DNA from: an uncultured Bacteroidaceae bacterium
GTDB taxonomy: Bacteria > Bacteroidota > Bacteroidia > Bacteroidales > GCA-2748055
Length of the DNA: 64,000 bases
Assembly (NCBI GenBank): GCA_964528675.1
Contig: CAZGTU010000006.1
Location: forward strand, 29,424 to 93,423
Direction of reading: 5' to 3'
A program made the position numbers and the translations under genes. The notes below the pieces were generated by a model that searched no databases, was not told the origin of the DNA, and worked only from the letters and a program-made list of their open reading frames with translations. The first letter of the stretch is position 1, and each line of letters begins with the position of its first letter. This document shows positions 29,505 to 39,700 of the stretch, one piece after another.

Positions 29505-30974
29505 TTAAAAATTATAATATGGATTCTGAACCAGTGCCTTATTTCTTTCTATCTCCTCTTCATGTATGGGAAGATACCATCCGAGAGGATTATTAAGCTT
29601 AATGGACAAAATTCTTTTTTGGGTTGAATTTACGTTTTGGACAATGATCTCAATCAACTTACTTTTCCTGCTGAAATTATTACGTCTACCCATTCTCATC
29701 AAATCAAACCAACGTTTTCCTTCAAAAGCCAGTTCTCTTGCTCTCTCTTCCAGTATTGCATCTTCGTAGGCTGAAGCTGAGTTGGCAAGTTTAAGGGGTG
29801 GTACATCAGCTCTTTCCCTGATGTCATTTAAAATGCTAAGTGCTTCCGGAAAGCGTTCAAGCTGCGAAAGGGCTTCCGCTTTCATGAGAAGAACATCAGC
29901 CAGCCGGTATACGATCCAGTTGCATGAACTCTGGTCTGAACCTGTTCTTTCGGTTGTACCATCATTTGACCGTCCCAGGTATTTCCAGATAATATAATCA
30001 TCCTCTCCTCTTTTGGCAATTGAGGCATCCTCTCCCCTTACCAGCTCCTTGGCGTATTTCTTAGCGAAAAATTCAAGTGCTTTCTGGCTGGGATCTATAT
30101 TGTAGCTATTATAGCGAGTCAAACCGAACATGCTGTTATCCTGATTCAGTTCGGTGTCAAATTGAAATTCGAATATTCCCTCCAGGGAGTTTCCCGGATA
30201 ATATAATTCAAACCATTTCCCCGCAGGAAGTAAAACATAGTCTTCATTTGCCTCAATTCTACTTACATATTCAAGTACTGCTTCATAATCAAATCTCCAG
30301 AGAGCGATATCTGCCAGCAAGGCATCTATTGCAGCTTTGGTAGCACGTCCTTTATTTTCCTTGATTGTGGGATGTCCATCAATGGTTGCGTATGGTCTTA
30401 TATCCTCCAGATCGATGATCAATTGCTGAAGAATTTCATCCCCGCTTGCTTTTGGCACATATATATTAGATTCATCGCTAATTGTTGGTTCAGTTACGTA
30501 AGGTACATCTCTGAAAATTCTGACAAGGTAAAAATAACTGAGGCTTCGCAGGAAGATAGCTTCTGAGAGATATCCCTGTAACTGATAATCGGTAAAGGTG
30601 TTATCGATTTCCTGGACCTGCGGTGCATTCAAAATTACCTCATTGCAATAACCAATTACCTGGTAAAAATCCTGCCAGTTGCAGAGATAATTATCGGGAT
30701 AAATATTTCCTTCCATTATATTTCTTTCAGAACCGCCAAGGTTCACATCGGCACGAATCATGTCACCTCTTAGTTCACCGTATCTGAAAAGCTTACCATC
30801 CATTACGGCAAATGACTCATAGGCTCCCATTAACACGGCCTCCACATCTTCCTTGGTAGTCCAGAATTCCTCCCTTATCAAGCCTTCAGGCGGAATAAGA
30901 TCCATCCATTCATTGCATCCAAAGTTCAATGTCAGAGTCAGAAATATCAAAGTATGTTTAGCTATTCTTTTCAT
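29505..30974 (-). CDS. SusD/RagB-family lipoprotein (pair 1)
   Basis: Lipobox 'NFGC'; 'YGELRGDM', 'SEAIFLRSLSYFYLVRIFRDVP', 'YRLADVLLMKAEA', 'EERARELAFEGKRWFDLMR'. Confidence 0.95.
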   Translation of the reverse strand: MKRIAKHTLIFLTLTLNFGCNEWMDLIPPEGLIREEFWTTKEDVEAVLMGAYESFAVMDGKLFRYGELRGDMIRADVNLGGSERNIMEGNIYPDNYLCNWQDFYQVIGYCNEVILNAPQVQEIDNTFTDYQLQGYLSEAIFLRSLSYFYLVRIFRDVPYVTEPTISDESNIYVPKASGDEILQQLIIDLEDIRPYATIDGHPTIKENKGRATKAAIDALLADIALWRFDYEAVLEYVSRIEANEDYVLLPAGKWFELYYPGNSLEGIFEFQFDTELNQDNSMFGLTRYNSYNIDPSQKALEFFAKKYAKELVRGEDASIAKRGEDDYIIWKYLGRSNDGTTERTGSDQSSCNWIVYRLADVLLMKAEALSQLERFPEALSILNDIRERADVPPLKLANSASAYEDAILEERARELAFEGKRWFDLMRMGRRNNFSRKSKLIEIIVQNVNSTQKRILSIKLNNPLGWYLPIHEEEIERNKALVQNPYYNF

Positions 30975-30992
30975 GTCAATTCCTTTATAAAA

Positions 30993-33900
30993 TTAGAAAC
31001 CTACGGAGATACTGAGAGTTATGATCCTTGGTGGGGGTGTTTTTGCATAATCAACCCCTATCCAGAAAGGATTAGTTGCATCCTGACCTATCTCCGGATC
31101 CTGTCCTGAATAATTCGTAATAGTGATGAGTTTCCTGGCACTTAAAGCAAATGCCATATTTCTTACATGAAGCTTCTCGGCAATTTCTCTTTTTAACCTG
31201 TATCCCACTTTCATATTGATCAGCCTGAGATAATCCCCTTTTTCAACATACCTGTCAGACCCAAGATTATTGGCAGGGTGATTCATATATGCCCGGGGCA
31301 ACATTCCCTCTTCATCCTGACCCTGGACACGCCAGCGGCTAAGAACAGCTTTACTCTGATTATTCCGGTTATTCATGCCCTCGGTTGAAATGGCCACTCC
31401 GTTAATAATGTCGAAGCCAATGCGGTAATGAAAACTGGTTGAAAAATCAAAGTTCTTATAGCTCACAGATGTACCAAAGCCCCCTACGAAATCAGGATTG
31501 GAATCCCCGATGTATACAACATCATTGAGATCTATGATACCGTCATGATTAATATCGGCATACATAGCATCCCCGCCTTTAAAAGTGTATGTTCCTGTAT
31601 AAGTCATGGGAATGGGATTTCCCACATTATCAGTAAGAAGATTACCTTCCGCATCTTTTGCAAAAGCATCCTGATCGGTAGGATAAACTCCAAGATAACG
31701 GAATCCGAAGAATGATCCGATAGGCTCTCCCTCAAGCACTCTGAGTGGATAATCCCCATTACCTATGGCTGTTGATCTCTCTGTGTTGAAATTATCCGGC
31801 AGAACATTAAAAGCATTGATGTTTCTTGATGTATTAAAATTCACAGACCAGGAGAAATTATCCCTGCGCATAAGTTCTATGTCTACCATCATCTCCCAGC
31901 CTTTATTCTGTAATTCGCCGCCATTTAAAAACTTCAGCTCATCAAAACCACTTGACCATGGTATAGGATATTCACTAAACAAAAGATCGGTGGTTACTTT
32001 ATCATACACATCAGCTTCGAAGTAAACACGATTCTTGAACAGGCTTAACTCCAGTCCCATATTCCATGATTCCTGTGATTCCCATTGCAGGTTGTTAAGC
32101 TGCACCTGCGTTGGTACGATTGCCGGATTGGTAATATAATTTCCTGTATGGGTAGATGCAAAGGTTGCAAACCTGGCATAGGCATCGCCCGGCTGTCTTC
32201 CGGTCACTCCCCAACTGGCTTTTAGCATACTTTCACCCAGCCAGGTGAAACTATTGAACAGGGGTTCACTTGAAAATCTCCACCCCATAGAAACACCTTT
32301 AAAGACTCCCCACCTTTTATTTGAACCGAATGATGAATTGGCATCAGCCCTTACAACAGTTTGCACCATGTACTTGTCTCTGAATTTGTAATTGAGGTTT
32401 AACAGGGCTCCAAGTTCACGTTGTGATCCCGAACCATTTCCGATCCAGTTAATCTGTGCGTCGATGGCCGGATCCTGTATATCGGTACTCGGGGTTTTAT
32501 TACTTTGAATATTCATCCATTCGTAACTTGATTGATTGGTAATCCAGGTAGCAGCCCCCGTAAGCTCATGCGCATTTGATTTGAAGGGACTATCAAAAGC
32601 AAGCTGGGTTTCCGTACGAATGGAGGAGGAAAGGTTATTGGATTCTTCCGCTTTATTCACGTTCCAGGCAAGCCAATCTGCTCCTATAGCATTATAAGGC
32701 AGGTAATTCTGCGATTTAGATCCATTGAACTGGAAAGATACGGTTTCTCTGAAAGTAAGCCAATCTGTTATGTTATATCGAATACGGAAGGTATTTTGAA
32801 GGTTATTCTCAAGACGGTCATCTTTTCCGAGATTAGCCACGGCAACAGGATTGAAAAAAGTGGTACCGTCTCCCTGGTAGCTGTTTATAGGTGTGAAATA
32901 CTCTCCTGTTAAGTTACCATAGGCATCGTACTCCCAGATGCTCATATTGGGCGACTTGATGTAAGCCATTTCACGGATGTTTCTTCTCTGCCATCCGCTT
33001 CCAAGTTCCAGGTTACCATCGCGTTTTGTGTTATAATAACTGAACTGGATCTGGAACAGAAATTTTCTTGACAGGTAGTAATCAAGATTAACACGTGTAT
33101 TGAATCTCCTCGAACTGGTATTGATGGTTGTTCCTCCTTCATCTACATAACTAAAAGAAGTGAAATAACGTGTCTTCTCTCCACCTCCTGAAACCTTAAA
33201 ATAATGATCGTGCGTAACAGCATCCTGTGTGATGGCGCCAATCCAATCGGTGTTGGCCGAATAATTATAAAAATCAACATAATCTCGGTCATAAGCAATT
33301 TCAGGCGGAATATTGAAAACTCCCCGACTGTTGTGCCATTCCTCGAGTTGTAGCATGATATATTCATCCCCGTTCAACATAGGGATAGCAGGGGGCTGAA
33401 AGTTCAAAGAATTCTTATACTGATAATCAAACTGAACCTTACCCATTCTTCCTTTGTAAGTTTCTATCAAAAGAACACCGTCTGCTCCTCTTGAACCGTA
33501 AACAGCGGAAGAAGCAGCATCTTTAAGAATTTCAATTGATTTTATATCCTGAAGAGCAATGTTGACAAGATTACTGATATCTTCTGTATCTGCAGAGCTA
33601 AGATCAAAACCGGAGGAAACACGCTGCTGAGGAACACCGTCAATTACAATAAGAGGCTGACTGTTCCCCATCGAACTAAGTCCCCTGATAACCAGTTGAG
33701 ATCCCGAACCCGGGTCTCCTGAAGCAGCAATAATATCAAGACCACTGACTTTACCCTGAAGTGCATCGGCAGCAGATAGTACACCGGCATCCTGCATTTC
33801 GATCATATCCACTTTTACCGTTGAGGAAGCATTGTCTCTTTCAGAGATATTCGTCAGGCTGTGATCCGACTTCGCCTTGGCAGTTACTACAACCTCCTCA

Positions 33901-34226
33901 AGTTCCATATTCGATTGTGCTAACTCAATTGTCATCGGCTTTGAGGGATCCGGTTCAATCTCTTTGGTTTCATAACCGATTACACTTACCTTAACAATAT
34001 GATTAATATTTTTCATCTCGAGTGTAAAGTCACCGTTAACATTGGTAATCGTACCATTAATGATCCGGTTTTCATCATCATACTCAATAACGTTTACACC
34101 AATCACAGGTGTTTTTTCAGCTTTATCAATCACTCTTCCTCGTATGATCGCACTCTGCTGGGAAAAAGCGGTAAAGGTTGTCAGAAAGATTAAGCTGATT
34201 AACAGGATATGTTTGACTTTTTTCAT
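30993..34226 (-). CDS. SusC/RagA TonB-dependent transporter (pair 1)
   Basis: NTE 'IRGRVIDK...IGVNV'; 'ALQGKVSGL', 'GDPGSG..LVIRG', 'IEILKDAASSAVYGSRGADGV'; ends 'SISVGF'. Confidence 0.96.
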   Translation of the reverse strand: MKKVKHILLISLIFLTTFTAFSQQSAIIRGRVIDKAEKTPVIGVNVIEYDDENRIINGTITNVNGDFTLEMKNINHIVKVSVIGYETKEIEPDPSKPMTIELAQSNMELEEVVVTAKAKSDHSLTNISERDNASSTVKVDMIEMQDAGVLSAADALQGKVSGLDIIAASGDPGSGSQLVIRGLSSMGNSQPLIVIDGVPQQRVSSGFDLSSADTEDISNLVNIALQDIKSIEILKDAASSAVYGSRGADGVLLIETYKGRMGKVQFDYQYKNSLNFQPPAIPMLNGDEYIMLQLEEWHNSRGVFNIPPEIAYDRDYVDFYNYSANTDWIGAITQDAVTHDHYFKVSGGGEKTRYFTSFSYVDEGGTTINTSSRRFNTRVNLDYYLSRKFLFQIQFSYYNTKRDGNLELGSGWQRRNIREMAYIKSPNMSIWEYDAYGNLTGEYFTPINSYQGDGTTFFNPVAVANLGKDDRLENNLQNTFRIRYNITDWLTFRETVSFQFNGSKSQNYLPYNAIGADWLAWNVNKAEESNNLSSSIRTETQLAFDSPFKSNAHELTGAATWITNQSSYEWMNIQSNKTPSTDIQDPAIDAQINWIGNGSGSQRELGALLNLNYKFRDKYMVQTVVRADANSSFGSNKRWGVFKGVSMGWRFSSEPLFNSFTWLGESMLKASWGVTGRQPGDAYARFATFASTHTGNYITNPAIVPTQVQLNNLQWESQESWNMGLELSLFKNRVYFEADVYDKVTTDLLFSEYPIPWSSGFDELKFLNGGELQNKGWEMMVDIELMRRDNFSWSVNFNTSRNINAFNVLPDNFNTERSTAIGNGDYPLRVLEGEPIGSFFGFRYLGVYPTDQDAFAKDAEGNLLTDNVGNPIPMTYTGTYTFKGGDAMYADINHDGIIDLNDVVYIGDSNPDFVGGFGTSVSYKNFDFSTSFHYRIGFDIINGVAISTEGMNNRNNQSKAVLSRWRVQGQDEEGMLPRAYMNHPANNLGSDRYVEKGDYLRLINMKVGYRLKREIAEKLHVRNMAFALSARKLITITNYSGQDPEIGQDATNPFWIGVDYAKTPPPRIITLSISVGF

Positions 34227-34278
34227 CTGAAAATGATTATTTCTTTTTTTGAACTATCATTTATTAGTAAGTGAAGCT

Positions 34279-36600
34279 CTATTCCCGGTCTATTTCTTCA
34301 ATAAGAATTACTTTATCAACCTCATGGACAACAGCGGTATTCACAACATCCGGATAGACCGGATTACCCCCGCCTTCATTTAGATCTCGGCCTGCTAGAA
34401 TGTTAGTAGACGCTGACTCATTCACGGTTATGTAATTTCCTGTACCGGATTTATCTTTAATATTAATTACATCAATTCCGGTTTCAATATTGATTTTAGT
34501 ATATCTGGTAAGAAACTCGGTAGATTCTTCATCTTCACGTGTTGTTTCGTAATATCCGGGAGCCTTGTTTCCATCTGTGAAGATGATCTCACCCTGGATA
34601 AAATGAGCCATCAAAAGATCTCTCAGGTCTCTGTCGGAAAGTGTATCTGCCTGGTAATCGGCAAGTGCCTGCGCTGACGGGGCAAATACAGTATAATATT
34701 CGCTTTCGGATAAAAAGGTATATCTCAACTCTTTATCATTGGCAAGGCCTGATTTCAGAAGAAGGTTATGGAAGGCAGGAAATTCAGATGCGACTGTCAG
34801 GTATAAAGAACGTGCTGAAAAACTCAGCCAGTCATCAATGCTCCATGTGGTTCCATTATCGGTAGTAGCACTGATTTGCTCCGGAATTACTTCCGTTGGA
34901 GTTGTACCCCGATATCCTTCCATCGTCTGTGCTGTGCCGCTAATTTCACCGGTTTCATTGTTTAGAATCAGGTAATTTCCTGCCAGGTTACGGATAAATT
35001 CTTTTCGGGCGAGGCCCCTGGGCTGACTGACACCAATATGATTCAGCAACAGAATTCTGACATCATTGTAGGAAATGTTTGTTCGTAAAGCCGAATTACC
35101 TGCGATAATAAAAGCTGAGAAGCTCTCCGAATAGGGTTCATAAATAAATGAGGAATCACGCCTGCATTCGGCATCGGACTCAACAAGTAACATATAATTT
35201 TCATTCTGTCTTTTCAATGCAGAAAGCAAACCGGTTTTTTCTATCGCATTCATAGCAAATGAATACCCTCTTCTTAAATAAATAGGACCGGTAACAGATT
35301 TAAACGCACGTGGAACAATTGCCTCGTTTATCCCTATGAAAGAGCTGTTGCTTCCGAACTGCCTATCAACTATTTTATCTTCACTGATGGTAATAAGATC
35401 AAGTTCGCCATTGAAAAACCCGGTATTCATATCACTTGGGTAAACCGGATTAACCGACAGGTGGGTATTGGTTATAATTCGCTGGATATTTTCAGGAGCA
35501 TCCTCCAATGTTCCCCATCCTCCCCTAAAAGAAAGGTACTCATCTTCAAAAGCCTCCATGGCAGCATCTGTAGGTGCCATCATACCATGGTGATAACGAA
35601 TAGTAACATCCCCCGGTAAGCCGAATGTTCCTGAGGGTGGACTGGTTCTTTCATTGGAAACATCAAAGGCCAGTTCGGGGAAGTTAAGGTCAAAAAGTGA
35701 ATCCACCTCCAATCCAAGGTCAGCCCCGGGCTGATCAAAAGTCTTCTCTTCATTGTATTCAAAATTCGGGAACATATTTATTAACTTCCTGAATCGGTTA
35801 TAGCTATGGTCTCCGTCCTGTCCGGCAATTATCTGATAGGCATTGGGAAGCGGCTCTACAACCCTGTCAATATTGTAAACAAAACCGTTTTCTGCAAAGA
35901 TCTCTTCACCGATTACTTTTGCACCTGCAAAATAAATATCATTTGAACCTTCTAAAGGCCTATTGAAATAAAATTGATAATCTGAGGATGCAAGATCATA
36001 GATATTCAAATAATCTCTGAAAAAAATGGGAGCAAATTTCCTGGAGTCTGTAGCAACCCTTCTATGCCATGGGGTTTCCAGGGAATCTACTATGATAAAT
36101 CCCTCTCTACCTTCCTGGTTCTCATCCACCCCATACCATTTATCTTTACTAAGGAGCAGGGTTTCTCTCTTAAAACCTCTGGGTTCATCATTGTTAAGGT
36201 CGGTGGAATCAATCCATCCATAAACATCCAGAGACATGAGCTGGTTTTTACTCCAGGGATTTTGCAGGATGTGATATTTTACCAATTGAAGCAACTCTTC
36301 CCCTGGTATATCCTCAATCGAATTGTACTCCGGTTTGCTTTGGAGGTAAAGGGAGAATGCCTCATTATTGGGAGCAAAAACGGTATAGCTTCCTGAAACA
36401 TTTATTACGGTATCATAACCGGTCAACTCGAGGCACTCTGCAAATGTGGATAGTTCGGGGCTTTCTTTAACCTGGGTGTAGACTTTTCCTGCGAGCCAGT
36501 CCGGACGGGCGTATTTGCTTTCCTCGTCCAGTTCTTCATTACAGCTCATAAAAAACAGGCAAATTGAGCCCAGGATAGCTAGTTGTTTAGTTCGGATCAT
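34279..36600 (-). CDS. Multi-fasciclin surface lipoprotein
   Basis: Lipobox 'FMSC'; FAS1 motifs 'YTVFAPNNEAF...KYHIL', 'NGFVYNIDRV', 'HGMMAPTDAAM', 'YTVFAPSAQAL', 'AVVHEVDKV'. Confidence 0.85.
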   Translation of the reverse strand: MIRTKQLAILGSICLFFMSCNEELDEESKYARPDWLAGKVYTQVKESPELSTFAECLELTGYDTVINVSGSYTVFAPNNEAFSLYLQSKPEYNSIEDIPGEELLQLVKYHILQNPWSKNQLMSLDVYGWIDSTDLNNDEPRGFKRETLLLSKDKWYGVDENQEGREGFIIVDSLETPWHRRVATDSRKFAPIFFRDYLNIYDLASSDYQFYFNRPLEGSNDIYFAGAKVIGEEIFAENGFVYNIDRVVEPLPNAYQIIAGQDGDHSYNRFRKLINMFPNFEYNEEKTFDQPGADLGLEVDSLFDLNFPELAFDVSNERTSPPSGTFGLPGDVTIRYHHGMMAPTDAAMEAFEDEYLSFRGGWGTLEDAPENIQRIITNTHLSVNPVYPSDMNTGFFNGELDLITISEDKIVDRQFGSNSSFIGINEAIVPRAFKSVTGPIYLRRGYSFAMNAIEKTGLLSALKRQNENYMLLVESDAECRRDSSFIYEPYSESFSAFIIAGNSALRTNISYNDVRILLLNHIGVSQPRGLARKEFIRNLAGNYLILNNETGEISGTAQTMEGYRGTTPTEVIPEQISATTDNGTTWSIDDWLSFSARSLYLTVASEFPAFHNLLLKSGLANDKELRYTFLSESEYYTVFAPSAQALADYQADTLSDRDLRDLLMAHFIQGEIIFTDGNKAPGYYETTREDEESTEFLTRYTKINIETGIDVINIKDKSGTGNYITVNESASTNILAGRDLNEGGGNPVYPDVVNTAVVHEVDKVILIEEIDRE

Positions 36601-36698
36601 TTTAGTTAGTTTCTTTTAAAAATCTCAATCAATCGCTTCACATATTTTTTCCGAAAATTCCGGAAAAACCTTTTCAATTTAGTTGCAGTTGTCTTCTG

Positions 36699-36706
36699 CA
36701 AACATA
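36699..36706 (-). promoter_or_regulatory. Candidate -7 promoter element of the SusCD/fasciclin operon
   Basis: Plus strand caaacata = minus strand TATGTTTG (TAnnTTTG), ~100 nt upstream of ATG 36600. Confidence 0.45.
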
Positions 36707-36783
36707 AAAAAAAATCAGTTAATCTTTTGTTAAATTATATTGCTACAGGATGAAATGCAATAAAATCAATACCTCTGACAAAT

Positions 36784-39700
36784 TTAATGTTCTAATTTTG
36801 ATATTTTTGAATTTTTTGTGTTATCTGAATTATGATCGACATCTACCCCGCCATTATCCTTAACGGCAGCAGGAGTGACACCATATTGGTCTTTAAAGCA
36901 CTTAATAAAATAAGATACATTATTAAAGCCCGAGAGATAGCAAATCTCCTTAACGCTTTTTGTTCTTTTCACAAGTAGTTCATAAGCTTTCTGGAGTTTA
37001 ATCAAGCGGATGAATTCACCGGGCGAATAACCCGTAAGTGCTTTGATCTTTCTATATAGTTGTGTACTGCTAATATTTAAACTTGATGCCAGCTCTTTTA
37101 CATTATAATCGGGATTGGCAAGATTGGATTCAAGCAATTTTCTGACATTGATAATAAATTCATCATCCCTGGATAGATTATTTTTTGTCACTTCAATCAT
37201 AAAATTCTGATCCAGGTATTTTTTACGTATAAGCTTTCTGTTTTTAATCAACCTGGAAATTTGTGAACTGATCACTCCCAGATCAAATGGTTTGGTGACA
37301 TAAGCATCTGCACCCACATCATATCCGGATATCATCTGCTCATTGGTATCTTTTGCAGTAAGCAAGATGACAGGGATATGACAGATGCTTTGAGAATCTT
37401 TGATTTCCTTGCAAAACTTATATCCATCCATCACCGGCATAATGATATCTGAAATAACGATATCAGGCATGATTTCCTTAACCAATTCAAGCCCATCCTT
37501 ACCATTACCAGCTTCATAAACAGCATACTCTTTTGATAGTACAGATTTAAGAAAACTCCTGAGATCTTCATTATCCTCAACAAGTAAAACTTTTAGCTCA
37601 TTGGAATCATCAATATCCCCATTATCGGATAAGTGCCATCCCTCAGAGGAGGCTTCTATTATTTCTGATTTGACTAATTCCTGATCAGTAGTTTCAGCAG
37701 CTTCTTCTCTTTCATATGGAAGATAAACATGAAACACCACTCCTTTTCCATTGTAAGACTCAACTTCAATCCTTCCTCCATGCAATTCAACCAGGGATTT
37801 TGAAAAAGAGAGCCCGATCCCGGCACCTTCAATATTCTCATCTTTTTTGTAAAACCGTTCAAAAATGCGATACTTTTCGTTTTCTTCAATTTCACTACCC
37901 TCGTTGAATACCGATATCCTTACCTCAACATCTGTTTTACCGAGTGATAAAACGATCGACCCCTCATCGGGAGTATGCTTAAAGGCATTGGATAAGAGGT
38001 TATATAATACTTCTTCAATTTTCTGGGAATCAACAGAAATAATTACCGGATCATCAGGAATCTCAAACTGCATTCTTACCTTCCTCCTTCCTTCAAATCC
38101 TTTAAAATTAATTCCAACCTCTTTTACCAGTTTACCAATATCCAGATTCTGACGATAAAGAGTAAGTTTCCCGGCATGTAATCTTCTGAAATCAATGATC
38201 TGGTTTATTAGCTTCAACAGGTAATTGGAGTTCCGATGGATCAGTAACAGATGATTTCTCCATTTAGGATTCACATCTGTGTAATTCTGCAGCATATCTT
38301 CCACCGGTCCGATAACCAGGCTTAAAGGTGTTCTGAGACCATGAGCAATATTGGTTAGAAACAGCATCTTACTCTCATTGGTTTGTATCGACATATCGTC
38401 CAGTTTCTTCTGGTATGCAAGTTTCTGCCGGTTGTATGCTATCCAGGCAAAGCTGAGAACGATAGCCAGGCCAATCAGAACATATACCAGTATGAAATAC
38501 CATTCTTTGTACCAGGGTGGAGTAATAATTAATCCTAATTGTTTAATATCGCCCAGGGGTACATCATCGGAACTATAAGCCCTGAGTTTTAAAGTATAAT
38601 TTCCATGAGGCAGGTTCGAAAATTGCAAATATCTTTTTTCTGCAGGAATATAATTCCAGTGATTGTCAAAACCTTCAAGTTTATATGCCAGATAATTACC
38701 CTCAGGATATTGATAATGCAAGACAGCAACACCTATGCTGAAGACTTTCATTGAAAATGGTAATGTCAACTGTTCTGTATAATTAATATTATTTGCCAGT
38801 GTATTATTTTTCGATATGGTATCACCAACTTCAATTTCTCTGTCAATGATCCTTAAGTCAGTAATGGCAAGTTTAGGAGCTATATTGTTTGGCTTAATAT
38901 CACCCGGAGTGAATGTTGTAAATCCATTATCTCCTCCAAAAAACATATCGCCATTCACATACCGGTAAAATGCATTTACCATATAAATATTACCCTGCGT
39001 TCCATCATAAAAGCTATATCTCACAAAACGAGGATTCTCTGCATATTGATTATAAGAAACAAGATCACTTTTTGTACTCATCCAGAGGACCCCTGTTTCA
39101 TCCCGTAAAATACCCATCACATCATTGCTTGGTAAACCATCCTCAATTGTCAGATGACTGAAAATATCTTCATCTGGATGATAAATATTGATACCGCCAC
39201 CCTGAGTCCCAAACCAGATGGTATTATCGAAATTCTCAAAAATACAGTTAATCTCATTGTTGTTCAGAAATTCAGGATCCGGTCTTGTAGCGACAAACCT
39301 TTTGAATGTCAATTCCGGAGCAACATTTCCAGAAAGATTAATTTTATTATAAGGAGTATTTAAAAGGTTAAGCCCGTTGGTAGTCCCAATCCAGAATCTT
39401 GACTTACTGTCAACATGCATGCTGATAATCTCATTATCACTCAGGGTTTGTGGATTATCACTTTCTGAAGTAAACTGATAATATATTAAATCCTCATTAT
39501 CAATAATATCCGGAACAAGTATAAGTCCGTAGCCTGCTACACCAAACCATGCATTCTTATTCTCATCTACGAATATTTTCCTTGTACTCCATCCAAATAT
39601 GGACTCTTCAGAAAATGGATACATTCTCCATTCGCCTTTTTCTTTGATTACCTTGTAAACCCCTTCCAATGTGCCGGCAAGGTAATAATCGTCTGTCACC

